Below, in pieces: positions 13,401 through 26,900 of a stretch of DNA of 64,000 nt (position 1 is the stretch's first letter; the number at the start of each line of letters is the position of its first letter). The notes under the pieces were generated by a model. That model did no database searches. It was not told the origin of the DNA and was given only the letters and a program-made list of their open reading frames with translations. Both the position numbers and the translations under genes were made by a program. The stretch is taken from assembly GCA_048013815.1 (NCBI GenBank), contig CM106585.1, positions 1-64,000 of the forward strand, written 5' to 3'. Source of the DNA: Setoptus koraiensis (lineage: Eukaryota > Animalia > Arthropoda).

Positions 13401-14041
13401 GCGCCAGCTCTATGTATTGAGGCCATGTCTGCACAAGTGATTCTATTGTCTCCATCGCAATCTTTGAGATATTTCAAGAAATAATTCTTGACCGTTCTAG
13501 CACTACAATTTTTATCCAGAGCACATTGTTCAAAATCTTTTGGACTGACCGACAACGATGTGACATAATGGTCTCCAATAGTGGCCTTTGGTCCGCTTAT
13601 TCTACTTGGTGACTTCTTTTGGGTGGTGGTGGCACCCGAGTCGGCCCAATAAGTGTAACTCAATTGATAGGCACCACAATAATAGGATTCACATCTTTTG
13701 CTGTTGTTAATCTGGCATCCGCTACTCGCCTCGCAAATACATTCGAGGCATCTGCCTAGGAATTGTTCATTATTAGAATTGTCATTCGATGGCACCAGAT
13801 TGTTGCCATTGACTGTCAATGATGCAATTGAGAAATCATTTACACAATTAATATAATGATGATTAGTAAAAGATGCTAGTATAGTTAGTATTATTAATAA
13901 TTGTACTGTATGTGTGCATAGTATGGAAAATTGAGATAACAAGCACGAGGGATATTGAGAAAATTGTTGCTGATGAAATGTATAATTGGCGCAATATTTT
14001 TCAACACGCCGTCTCAACACGTGCTCCTTGCGCCTCATCAT
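10415..14041 (-). CDS. Multi-domain i-type lysozyme/destabilase-like protein with 3 domains and long low-complexity linkers; exons 14041-10639 and 10527-10415 (~1171 aa)
   Basis: Three CxxCICEAxSxC...CGxxxIxxxYW...DCxxDGxIxCxD...IH repeats. A phase-1 intron 10638-10528 (GTAAGT...TTAATAG) completes domain 3 (IHRAGPINC...YWGDFNAC). Hydrophobic N-terminal segment. Start codon uncertain. Confidence 0.85.
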
Positions 14042-16039
14042 AATATCTTGGTTAAAGAGAGTTCTTTTGTTTGATTGTTTCTTGTTTTTTCTTTGTTTCT
14101 CTTCTCTTATATTGTTGACTGTCAATGTTTGGTTGCGATAATGTTGTTGTTGTTGCTGTTATAATTGTATTGTTGTCAATCAATTAGCTCTTGATTGATG
14201 TGTATAAATAAACATATAGATGATTACACAGGTCCAAGTTTATTATAATAGTAATTACTGAGGCAGTCGTTCAGCAATGAGCAAATCATTGTGCATTGCG
14301 ATAACAGCAAGGAATTGTTTGTTGATTTTGGTCGCGATTTGTGGCTAGCTGATGCATATGCTGAAGATCAAAAGACCAATTAGTTAGTTTTTGTTGGTAG
14401 CAGTAGACAACAACAATGTAGCTGTTGATATCTCCCTCAAACTTGATTCTCCAATTCGTGTAATAGAAACAGAGACACAGAGAACGACGAGAGAGCGAGA
14501 GATAATAAAAAAAAGCAACAAGACAGATGCGATGAATGCAATTCTCCTAATCTCAGGTGAGCACAGGTAACAATTGCGAGCGACTGCTAGTCTATTCATA
14601 AGCGCTAATGATTTTTTATTCCGACAACAAACAAATAACAGAATAGTTAGTAATAAGAAAGATTGGCTGAGACAACATGAGAACAAAACGAAACTCGTGA
14701 TGATGATCGGATGTCGATTGGCAACAGATCAATTATAATGAAAATAACTTTTGAACTAAAGTAGGTGGCAATCATTGAAAGTGAAAGTGACTGAAACGAC
14801 TTTCAGTTAAAAGATTAACATCGTCACTTGTTGCATTAAATATATCTTTTGTTGTTGCTGTTGTGGTTGTGGTTGTGGCTGTTGCAGTTGTGGTTGTGGC
14901 TGTTGCAGTTGTGGTTGTTGCAGTTGTGGTTGTTCCTTCATCGTAAGCACCACTTGGATTTCGTTTAGTTACATTATCTTTCTCTCTTCGTGTCTCTCTA
15001 AATAGTAGCTTTAAGTGGTTGCGTTATAAGTTAATTGTGGTTTAGCCACCTCACAGCTAATAATAGTAAGTGGTACGCGTATGCCCGTCTGTGAACTCCG
15101 ACTATCGATGGGCAAAGGAAACTAAATCAGTCTTTATCATGAGTGAGCACTAACAATATAAATTTATTGAGATTAGGATCAGTAATTTGAATAAATATGC
15201 CCGTGGAACAAATTGACAACCGGTGTTGTTGTTGTTGTTGTGAATAATAAAAGTTATGGGACGAGAGCATGAATAGAATGTATAGTTTCCTTTCGGGTAT
15301 CTCAATATCTTTCTCACTGCACAGCTTATCTACTCAGTTAGACAAGCTATAAGATTCTTTGAACAAAACAAAACATAACGATGAGAATCTTTACGACACC
15401 TCAATGATTTAACACTGATCTTCTCTTTTTTATTTTATTATTATTATTTTTGTTACCACTCTAATCTAATATACACCTAGTATGCTAAGTGAATTAATTC
15501 CTTGATACTATTTGTTCGACACTTCTATCAACGCCATTCGATACTATCAATAATAATAATAATAATAATAATAATGATCGTAAAGGTGCACACTCACGGT
15601 TATTACGGCTGTAGTAGACAGGTAACAAGTATGGCGCCGGAAAGCAAGTTTGATGGTATTAATGGTTGGCAAGACGAGACAACAAGAAGCCTTTTAATAA
15701 TATTTCGTTAATATAATACAACATGCTTGTAGGTAACAACTTTAACAACACAAACAATCACAGCAAATGCTAGTGACGGTAATCCAAGTGTCGAATCTTT
15801 GATATTTATCTACTGTCTACTTCTCTCTTAATCTCGTAATCTTTATCGAAGGCACTGCGTTATTGTTGACGTTTTCTTGCAGAGCATAAATATTAATTTA
15901 CTTGTTGTTGTAGTTGCTGTTGTTGTCGTCGTCGTCAAGTGTATCTCAATTGAGAAAATACTGCAAGATTATAGTGAATAAATCAGGACTAAAAGCCGGT
16001 CGTGCTAGCCTTTGTGTAAACTCATAAATAATATCACTT

Positions 16040-18517
16040 TTAATATAGCTCATCTTTTTCAGTTTCGATCCTTTCATGGGCATATTTCTTACTAAGAGAT
16101 TTCTCGTATTCTCCAACTGCGTCACCAGAGCCCTCAAGAATCCATTTGTAAGTCAGCAGACCCTCCATGCCGACAGGACCGCGAGCGTGAATTTTCGAGG
16201 TACTGATACCAACTTCTGCCCCCAATCCAAATCTGTATCCGTCTGCGAATCTGGTGCTGCAATTCTTGAAAACGCAAGCTGAATCAACTTGTGCTAAAAA
16301 CAACTTAGCCGTGTCATCTAGAAAATTAATTACAATAATAGTATTCATTAGTAATTAAGTCTTTATGTGTATGTGCAGTATGGGTACATTTGGTTCAGAA
16401 TGATGAACCGTAACGTAACGTAACTTACCGTCTTCTGTCACAATGGCATCTGTGTGTCCACTGCCATTAGCATTAATTATATCGATGGCCTCCGAGACTG
16501 ACTCAACTATTTCAACAGTGCACTCTAGTGAGCCATATTCAACTCCCAATTCACCAATAGACAAATCTATCGGAAACTCTTTGGCCCATTTCGGTCCGGC
16601 ATTGATTTTTACGTGATTCTCTCTCAATTTTCTACACAATTTATCCATTAAGTTGTCGCCACCATTTTCCACAACAGTCAATGATCTGTGCACCAACAGA
16701 GTCTCCATGGCATTACAAGCGGCTGGATAATCACATTTTGAGTCTGTAACTATTTTGACCGCATCATCAAAATTGGCGTACTTATCGAGATATACATGAC
16801 AAATGCCCTCAGAATGGCCTAATACGGGGATGTTCTTACTCTGCTCTTGAATACTACGAACCAATTGATTAGAACCTCTCGGTATAATGAGATCAATATA
16901 TTTATCGAGTGACACCAATTCACTAACTCGTTCTCTTGAGTCTACTAACTGAACGGCATTGGCACAAGAATACTTATTCAAGGCCTCCTGAATGATTTTC
17001 CATAGGCATCGGTTCGAGTTTGCGGCCTCTTTGCCTCCTTTGGCCAATAAACTATTTCCCGTAGCTATGGACAGGCCAGCTATTTGGGGAAAACAGTCTG
17101 GTCTAGATTCAAATATAACCAACAATTGACCAATTGGGCATGTCACTTGATTTAATATCATGCCATTAGCGACTTTTTTGCTCTGTATTATTCGATTCAA
17201 CTGAGTTTCTGAAGCATCGGCAATTTGATTGAGGCCAGCAGTGAGACTATTCAATTTATCTGATGTAAGTTTCAATCGTGACAATAGAGCCTTGTTCGAT
17301 AGTAATGGGTCCAGTTGTGCCAGTTGCATATCTTTGTCATTTTCAGACAAAATAAGTTCTTTTCTTGTTTGTAACAACTGTGCTATATCACGTATAATAT
17401 CCGCTCTTTCGTACGGTTTCAACGATCTAAGTACATTGCCACCTTTTTGTGCCATAATTGCCAAATCAACAGATTGGTTGTCATCATCTGTATCAGTGAA
17501 GAATGTTCCCACTTTTTGGCCCTTAACTACGGCACTGATTGCCTCATCGTGGGTGCCGTTGCAAATCACAACCGATGTTCCACGACTCCAAGCCCATAAT
17601 GCAGATTTAACTTTAGATTGCATGCCACCTAAACCAACGCTAGATTTTCCACCAAATTCTATTCTATCAGCATGATTTTGTTTAGTGCAGTATGTTGACA
17701 AAAATTTCACTCCTTTTTTATCTGGAGGACCAGAATATAGGCCGTCAACATTGGATAATAATATCATTAGATCACAATTTAATTCAACAGCCAATATAGA
17801 GGCAAGTGAATCGTTGTCCTCCAGCAATATCTCCTGCATACTGGCATTCATAGTCATCTCTTTTTCTAAATCTTTTGTTACAAAGGCCTCAACAGCGTCG
17901 TTTGTGTTGACTATCGGCACTATGTTCAAACTTAACAAATTCAACATCGTTGATCTTAGCTGTTTCCGACTGGACTCTTCAATAAAGTCTGCCTTTTTCA
18001 CCAGCACTTGTGCCACCTTACAGTCATATTGGCCAAATATGCTCCTATAGAAGCTCATCAATGAACTCTGGCCGACGGCTGCAGCAGCCCTATTATTGCT
18101 ATCAACAGGCGGAGCTAGATTAACGGTATCGTTGGAGATTGATTTCTTTGCTGTCAATGTTCTGATACTTTTTGTTTTCATTACTTCATCACCCATCTCT
18201 TTTCTACCAAACGCAACAGCCCCGCTTGTAATTAAAATTACCTCTTTGCCTTTTTGCTGTAACTCCACCATTTGTTCTACGATGGACGTCAATCTTGAGG
18301 CGGCCAGTATACCACCATCACGTGTTATGACAGCACTGCCCACCTTGACAACGATTCTGTGGGCATCCTTAAGTCCTTCTCTGGTCTCTATGGCCCTCTT
18401 CAACAGGTTACCAGAATTTTCTGATGTGTTAGTATTTGTTGAGATAAATCTCGTAAATGCTATTCTGTACATCCGTTGCCTAGAGTTTGTTAAAGCTATC
18501 CGAAAAAGCATTCTCAT
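16040..18517 (-). CDS. ALDH18A1: Delta-1-pyrroline-5-carboxylate synthase (glutamate 5-kinase + gamma-glutamyl phosphate reductase); exons 18517-16429 and 16317-16040 (788 aa)
   Basis: [67 protein letters not shown] and HARGPVG motifs. Mitochondrial-presequence-like N-terminus. Phase-1 intron 16428-16318. Confidence 0.95.
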
Positions 18518-18821
18518 GTTATTGATGTTATAATTTATTTGTTACTATACGTCGATGTTGAATCGGGTCTAGATGGTTGGTTTGGTTGGTGCGTCAGATA
18601 TTGGTAGCAGATTCAACGAGATACAAATAATTAATGATAATAAATATAGTTTACATCCACAATTACTTGAAATATCACCAATTCTCGCTGAAGTCTAACA
18701 TGTCAATATTAGAATAGTGTTAAATAACATAACTTTCGTAAGGCCGAATAAATTTGACACCAATGAATGCATCACTGATATGATAACTTCTTGAAACGAA
18801 TTAAACTTTCTCTCTTTATTA

Positions 18822-20270
18822 TTATTTATTTTGTTTTATCGCTGGAGGATCATGATTTGAGTTGTTACCCTTAGACTCTATAGAGAGGGTCTTGTACACT
18901 TGAAAGGCCTAGATAAATATGAGTCAAACAAAATAGATAAATAGATGTATTGTTAGATGAAGTGTGTGAGACATACAAATTAGGAAAAGTTCAGAGATCT
19001 GATAGATTATGATCTGGCAGCAAGCATAATGAATGGTGCGATTATAATCTATTGCATATGATGCGAACAACCAATAGATTAAGATGAGATACAAAGTAGC
19101 TTGAGTGTTGTGACGAATTTCACATTTGCGCTCGCGGTGCAAATGTGAAATTTGTCACAACACCATGGAGCCCTCTGTTGTAATTAGTTAGTAATATATT
19201 AGTTACCTGTGCTATCATGCTGTTGACATCGCCAGCATTGGCTGGTAGTACCAACGTATTGTTTGTCTTGGCTAAATTTGAAAAAGCTTTAACATATTGT
19301 CCGGCAATCATGAAGGTGGCAGCCTCAATAGAGTTATTTTGTTTGATGGAACTGGCCACAGTAGTGATAGCATTGGCCAAACCTTGAGCCTGATTTGTTT
19401 GCTCAATTTTGGATGCCTCAGATCTCAATATAGTGGATTTTTTAACACCCTCGGCAGAATTAATTTCGGCATCGCGTTGACCCTCAGATTCAAGTATTTG
19501 TGCTCTCTTTTTTCTCTCAGCTTCCACTTGTAATTGCATTGCCACTTGTACTCTATCAGGTAACTTAATGTCCCTTATTTCGTATCTGAGACACGATATT
19601 CCCCAAGGGCTGGTTGCATTGTTAATCGCGCCCACCATGATAGTATTGAGTGACTCGCGCTCCCTGAATACGGAATCCAATTGTATCTTGCCTATCTCGG
19701 AACGCATAGTTGTTTGGGCTAGCTGAGTGCAGGCGAATTCTGGATTATCTATATTGTATGAGGCTTTATATGGATCGAAGACTTTAAGATAGAGAACACC
19801 ATCTAAAGTCAGAGTTACGTTGTCGGCGGTGACCGCAGCCTGTTGAGGTATCTCAAATACCATCTCTTTAAGATTCTGAACGTAACTAATCTTATCCAAG
19901 AGAGGCAATAGAAAATTGGGACCGGGCTCCAATACTTTGGCGAATCTACCCATCCTTTCAACAACCCAGGCTTCCTAACGAATGAAAAAATCAGATTAAA
20001 CAAAAGATTAGAGTTAGATTATGTTGATTGCTTGAGACAAGAAGCTGATGATCACAATGTGCTGATTACCTGTTGTGGAACGAACACTAGGCCAGTGTTG
20101 AAAGGCAACGTGCTACGATGTCTAACACTTGAATAGTTGCCATTAACATTTTGATTGGCAATGGTAAATTTGTTATATTGACTATATAAATTAGAGGCTT
20201 GACATGACGACAATAATATTCTTTTGTGCTGACCCAATTGTCTGGCACCAATATTCACAGCAACAAACAT
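18822..20270 (-). CDS. STOML2: Stomatin-like protein 2, mitochondrial (SPFH domain); exons 20270-20070, 19974-19207, 18908-18822 (351 aa)
   Basis: FVPQQ|EAWVVERMGRF, AQTTMRSEIGK, WGISCLRYEIRDI, VEAERKKRA and AQ|AFQVY motifs. Both introns GT-AG, phase 0. Confidence 0.93.
19105..19163. other. Near-perfect 25-bp stem / 9-nt loop hairpin in STOML2 intron 2
   Basis: GTGTTGTGACGAATTTCACATTTGC (19105-19129) pairs with GCAAATGTGAAATTTGTCACAACAC (19139-19163), with one G.T position. Confidence 0.85.
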
Positions 20271-20700
20271 TATGAAAGGTTATCTATTTTACACACGGCT
20301 CCTATTTACCACTGTATCCTTTGTAGAAAGTTGCTCGACTCAACGAGATATTCCACATAAATGGGCAAAGTTAATTCAATAATGTCGATGTCCTAAACAA
20401 GATCACACAAGTACACTTGATATGGTATTATTGCCGGTATGTCTGGGCGAAAAATAACATAAACAAACGGCTAATTAATTAGATTAGTTACCTGACCATC
20501 AAGTGTGGTTGATGCGTGTTTTCATCGAGTCACATGTTCTCCGACTCGACCCCTTCATCTCTTTGACTCGAGTGAAAAGCGCCAAATTCGAAGTTCTTTT
20601 TTTTCGCGCGCGCGCGTCATCAAACTTGACGACCAGATTAGAATCGCCAACTGTCCACGGATTTTGTTCATTGGTTCACAGAAGCCAGCATCAGATCAAT
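20063..20700 (-). repeat. Right arm of inverted duplication: native STOML2 upstream region, 5'UTR and exon 1
   Basis: Reverse complement of 7480-8112. Confidence 0.95.
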
Positions 20701-20871
20701 CATTGATACCCATACTTTTAGTAGGGTATGAGATCAGATAATCACATTATAGATGATCGCCAAAGCATCGCTACTCATTAATGTCTAATCTATGTATCAG
20801 CTAATACCGGGTGTGAGCCAATATCGCGAACGAGAGCTCGGGCCAGAGTAATAAGATTACAACGCTTCCAC

Positions 20872-20873
<2 letters not shown>

Positions 20874-20933
<60 letters not shown>
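20874..20933. repeat. (GA)~30 microsatellite
   Basis: Direct reading. Confidence 0.95.
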
Positions 20934-20937
<4 letters not shown>

Positions 20938-21587
20938 ACCATTGGTAGAGATGATGTAGCTCCTAGATAAGTCACCTGATGTAGATATATTATGTTAGCT
21001 GTTACTCCGATAGGTGTCACACGTACAAACACAGTGAATAGGAGCGAATCAGCGAAATTCTGATAGAGCACAAAAAGTCGCTAGATCCTGCGCAAACGAA
21101 CCAGGCGCAATAGAGACGAATCGGCCGCAAGTTGCCCGCTCGATAATAATGGGTGCTGGGTTTTATTGGTCCGCTGCTATGTCAAACTAGAAAAAAAGTC
21201 GGTTGGAATTTCAATGCTATGCGAGTAGTTTCATTTGTTAATGTGAGACGGCATCTTCAATTGCCCTATCGAGGTACTAGTGTGTGCTATATGTTTTTAT
21301 CTATCATGGAGGAAATCTCCGAGAAAAGAGTAGTTCGATTCGACTAAGTACTACCGCCTACTACTTGCTTAGAATATTGTTGCTCTTTGCGAAATGAAAG
21401 TTTTATTCAACGAGGGCAAAATCAATCAATTGATTGATTAGCAGTCAAGTTAGCATCAAGTAAACAATCTCGACAGAGATGCAACAGTAATTTGAAGAAA
21501 CAAACATCATCAAGATATTTCCAAGATAGTTTAAATTTAATAGAATGAACAAACAGAGTCATCAGCAAGATTGAATATATAAATAAG

Positions 21588-21795
21588 ATGGCTTTTCTAG
21601 TATTGGGATATAGATTAGCTGGATTGCTTTTTCTAACAACATTTGTGTACATTGTGCTGAATGTTAGAATATCGCACAGTTTGTCGCACCATAGTTACTC
21701 AGCTTTCACTAATGATAACACTGATTTGATAGAAAATCACACTTCCAATTCATTAGCGATTGCACAAAAAACCTTTGCGAGAATCAATCAACAAG
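21588..21795 (+). CDS. Probable calsyntenin exon 1 (signal peptide)
   Basis: MAFLVLGYRLAGLLFLTTFVYIVLNVRIS hydrophobic leader. Strong donor CAAG|GTAAGT in phase 1 matches acceptor TTTCTAG|AG at 36037/36038. Confidence 0.65.
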
Positions 21796-23902
21796 GTAAG
21801 TTGAAGTGGATATAATAATTGCACTATATGCTAGCATATAGAATCAGTTTCTATTCGATTTGTATGTTTTACAAGACAAATGAACTACAATTGAGCGATT
21901 TCATGTGAGAAAGCGCATTGCTTTCAGTGCGGACGTCGAATTGATTATTAATCAATTGATTATCGGCACGAAAGATGATAATTTTGTATCTTCTAATCTC
22001 TATTGCATTTGACCATTGTTGCGCTAATTTCATGCCGACAACTAATGATATAACTGGAAAATCTCATTTAGATCTCATTAGATTATGAGTGGCCAAAGAG
22101 TAGGCCACCGATACGAGTAGGATGATTTTGTGTTTGAGTAAATGCGAGCGGCCAATTGATCATTATTATTTTGCACGCAAAGCAAGCTGGAGTGCCAATG
22201 AAGAGATTCAACTTCTCAGATGCACTCCGAGACCGATCATAAATCTCTGTTATGGCAAGCAGTCTTATCGAGCATCATTTTTTATACTGTTTGGACGGTA
22301 CTAATTAAAGTGCCTATTGGTGTTGGTGAGATTGGTGTTGTTATTTTTGTGCTTTGATTTTGTTGGCAACAACAGCAACATAACCACTAATGCTAATGGA
22401 TTAGTTGATTGCTTGGTTGGTCAATGCTAATTGATGCTGGTTTCGGCTTGCATCTAACTTAGCTAATTGATGCTTGCTAATGGTGCAAAGTGCATAGATG
22501 CTGCCACGCGACCATTGAAAGACACAGTTAGAACAGCAGTTTAATTAATTGATCATTTGCAAGTTGGTTGTTCTCTTTAATTATTGCTGGGGTATTTGCA
22601 GCAGCATCAGCAGCAACTATTTCCATTGTTGTTGCTGTTGCAAGTACCCCAGTGATTCTATCCCGTATAGTTGATATTTGGTCGTTGTTAGTATCGAGCA
22701 AGCAACAAATATTTATTATGCGACTAATTGTTACAGCTAGCGACAATGTATTGGTTTGGCAGTACATTGTGTATTTTACAATGTATAGCAAGTGTATGTT
22801 GTTGTGGTAGTCGTGCAGCAGTAGCATCAGTATGCTAGCGGGTGCATATGGACATTGAATGACAACAACAACAGATACGCTAGCGGTTGCATAACGGAAA
22901 ACAGTTATTCTAATTGAAGTTGGTCCCCGTTGCTTGATTCAGTTGTGTTCACTTGTGGTGCAAGCCATGTCAATGTCGTAACAACTAAACAGGTGACCAG
23001 CATACAATGTGAATGTGGCCGGCCATATGACATGCATGGCTGATTACTATTTTACTATTGCAAGTTGCAACACGCACACGTTGATTATATTTAATTGGTT
23101 ACATCATAACGATTATATTTTTTGTTTTTTGTTTCTAGGTTGTTGTTGTTGTTGCTGTTGTTGTATGTGGGTTGTTGTGTCCTTTTTGTTGTGTTCCATC
23201 CATTGTTATTAATCATCACTGTTACTGTTTGTTGTCATGACTACCGGCAAGCCGCAAAACTTGCTGAACTAGCAGCACTTTCCTTTGTTTGCAAGCTTGT
23301 TGTTATACAGAGTTGCGTTGTATAGAGTCGCATAGTTTTGTCAGTCAAGTTGGACGATATCATCACCTAGTTGGCTCATTGTTGTCACTAGTCACTGGCC
23401 TAGTTACTTGCCAATGATAATGACAAAAGATCCAACAACAACCGATACAGGCCAAACTAATAGCAATGGCAAGCTACTTAAAACCAGCTCTATGTGCTGT
23501 GACTGGTTGCTTTGCCACGGGTTGTCATAAGCAAACACGCACTGGACATAGCGGCTATGTTATTCAATCTAAACACAATATTAGAGGCTTGATTTACATG
23601 GTCAAGCTCCCATTGTTGGCAAATAAATAACAATGTCAGTCTATGTACAGCAGACTATTGCAGCAGCAGCAGCGGCATCAAATAAACAGCACAAACGACC
23701 AGTCAACATGAGACAGCCAATGTCAGAAAATAACAATAATAATGTATTGTTGTTATTATATTCATCATCGCATCGCAACCATCATTATCATTATATAGGG
23801 CCGTCGTTGTTGCTGCTGCTGCTGTTGGTTGGCTCGTTACATAACCATCGGTGCTAATAACATATCTAGCTAGGTGCAATCCTCTATATATATCTATACA
23901 TA

Positions 23903-23959
<57 letters not shown>

Positions 23960-26900
23960 TGTTTATCTGGTTGTTTGTGCGTGTAAAAGAAGGGAAAAGA
24001 GGAAACCGCGCCCTTGTCGACACACACACTGTAAATAGATGGGGAATATTTTGCAGGATATAGTGATCCGGCAGAGTTGTTTGTGGTCTAGGGTGGTGTG
24101 TGTGTGTGTGTGCGTTGTTCCACGCAACACTGGCTACACGAGTAGACAGATAGATGGCTATCGCTGGCAATTCGGCCGCTATCTCGCCATTGTATCAAGA
24201 AGAAGCCAAGAGCAAGCTCGCTGGCAACGACATGGGGCCAGCCAAAGTTGAACAAAACTCGCAACTCACAACTGAATTTAGTTTAGTTGAGACAGTTGAG
24301 TCAGTGGAGATGAAAGAAGAGACACAAATCCAATATCAAACAAATACAATATCATGATATTGGAATATCTGAATATTATAATGTTGCAGCACACACACGA
24401 TGTTTGGGGCCAATATTTTGAGTTGCCGCATCGCAACTCACATGGCGCACGTATGATGCGCGGTGTGTTGGCGTTGTTTCAACTTTATACATTTAGATAT
24501 TTATATATATCGCATCACATCATATATATATTTATATATGTCTATGGTGTGATGCGAACGATGCAATACCAATAGTGATTCGTGACTAGTGGCCAAATAA
24601 TAACAGCGACGACAGCAACAACAAAACGCATATAGATGCACACAGATAAAATGCTGTGCGTCGCCGGTGTCCACACAGGAATAAATAGATGGGGCCGGAA
24701 GATAGATAATGGAACGAGATAATTGGAGTTGGCCCACAAACAACAACACGCCGCATTGTGTGTGCATAGGCAATTCGCTATCACTCGTCCAGTATGATCG
24801 ATGAGCAAGCAAGCATAACAATAATGACGAATGACCATCATCGTCACATTACAACACCAACAACTGAGCCAACAACCGAGCCAACAACCGAGCCAACAAC
24901 CGAGCCAACAACAACGTCAACATCAACAAAATCAACAGCAAGCAAACTCATCAACTTGTGTCCGTGGCTCATAACCATAATCCTGACATCGTTTGCCAAG
25001 ATATTGTTTGTGGTCGTGTCTGTTGTCAGTGTTGTTGTTGTCGGCCAGCGTTGTTGTTGGTGGTCAGTGTTGTTGGTCAGTGTTGTTGTGTCAGTGATGC
25101 TGTTGGTCAGGTGCGACGAGGTGCGAAAAGTCAAGCGGACAAAACATGAAATTAAATTGTTCACGGGCATGACATAATACTATTATTATGATAATATATT
25201 GTCCAGCTAAAATAACAGCGCTCGTGTAAACATTTGCACGAACCAATATAACTAATGTATAATTAGCTTTCGATAAATCTTATTTTGCTCGCCTGTCGCC
25301 AAACAGCATCATATGTGCATATGATGGCGTGTATACCGGGTATACACGTGCACTTGTTTGGCGCCGTTGATTAGCTTCGTTAGCACGTTCAGTCGCTAAC
25401 TGGACGCACAACAACAAATAATAACAAATACCTGTGTCATGTAATAATGCTGACATGTAATATGCTGGCCATAATATAATATAATGTGTTGAGCTTATTT
25501 TATTGTCACAAATCAATTTATGATTGTGATCAATTCAATGACCGTTCAACCCCTGAAAGCGTTATATCAACAATTTGCATGACGCGATCGCGGTCAGCAT
25601 AAACTCATAACGTTAGACACAATTGTTTATGAGAGTTTTGCACTAATAGTACAATTGCAATTGATTGGTATTAATTAAATCAGCATCATTCTAATGAGCA
25701 CCGTTTCAAGCCATTCAATGCTGTCACAGGCGTCAAATTGGAATAGTCCGCAACACAGCATAAAACGAGCGCTATAATCTCACGTAATGCTCGTTTTGCT
25801 CGAGGTGCTTATTTGGTTCAGTCATTTGTGCGTGCTCCCTAGCTGGCCAGTCGATTCAGTTGATTCACTCGAATCAACTGAATCAACTGAAAGAAATTGA
25901 CTTCATTTCTAACGGCTGAGGCCATGAACCCAAATGTAAATAATGACAGCCTATACTTTATGTCCTACTCTTATTTATTTATGTGTGTCTGTTGTTGGGG
26001 CCTATTCTTTGCCAATATGCAAATCAGCAACAACAATAATAATAATAGTAATAATAATAATGATAATAACAATACCCTGCAATAAGCGCCAAGAATATTC
26101 AATGAGTGAGAACAACCATAAATCTTATGCCAACTGACCATTGACCGGGCAACCAGAGGCCATCTACAAAGTAGACAGATCCACACTATCGTGCAGCGAC
26201 CAGTGGCACAATGCACATGTAATGGCACTAACAGGCCCCCATGCGATCATTATCCATGATAGAAAGCAACAATCCTCTTGCCTTTTAATCAAAGATGCTC
26301 GTTAATTTGAATAATCTGTTATGTGTGGGATAATTTGATCACGACACAACAACTGCACCAATTAAATGCATGCAACCACAATGCAACTGCAGCAATCAAA
26401 CAGATCAAGCAGGCACACTGACCTGTCATTAAACTGGCAAATGTGGCCCCATCATCTCGGCTCAATATCCGCTAGCCAGCCAACAACCACTTGGTCATGT
26501 ATAAAAGTAAAGTTGAATTTGAAATTATTCAAAATTATCAAACGCACGATATCATTATCTTGCTTGCATGTTGTGCAGAAATTGTGAGATTTTGTTCAAT
26601 TCTGTTCGAATTCGAGTCTCAGAAATTTCAGTTTCAGAATTGATCAGAAATTGAAACACAATTCTCTCTATCTGGACACGTTTGTTTTCATTGGCGACCA
26701 TTAATGAATATATAAATTGTTGGTCAGCAGCATGCGGTGATAGAATGATGAATTCATTAATAGTCGCCAGATGCAATCAGTGTAATTATTTTCAACTGTC
26801 ACCAAGTAACCGAGTGATTTAATTATCGGTCAATTGCAAAGTCAGCACTCGCGATCCCTCAGCAAGTTTGCAAGCTGAATGAGCAATTAAAATTGCTCGG

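Noticed and set aside
14042-14125. TTG-initiated N-terminal extension of the lysozyme-like ORF
   Set aside because: Non-AUG start unsupported. ATG 14041 was used, though an upstream exon cannot be excluded.
16040-18517. P5CS as a possible bacterial horizontal transfer (proB/proA)
   Set aside because: It is the fused animal-type enzyme with a presequence and a spliceosomal intron.
21420-21439. Perfect 20-bp palindrome AATCAATCAATTGATTGATT upstream of calsyntenin exon 1
   Set aside because: Built from ATCA/TGAT simple repeats common in this window; no independent evidence of function.
24794-25177. ORF with PTTE mucin-like repeats followed by a hydrophobic stretch (possible nested gene)
   Set aside because: Explained by a 12-bp minisatellite plus GTT repeats. 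No signal peptide or splice support, and several frames are open, as expected for low-complexity DNA.
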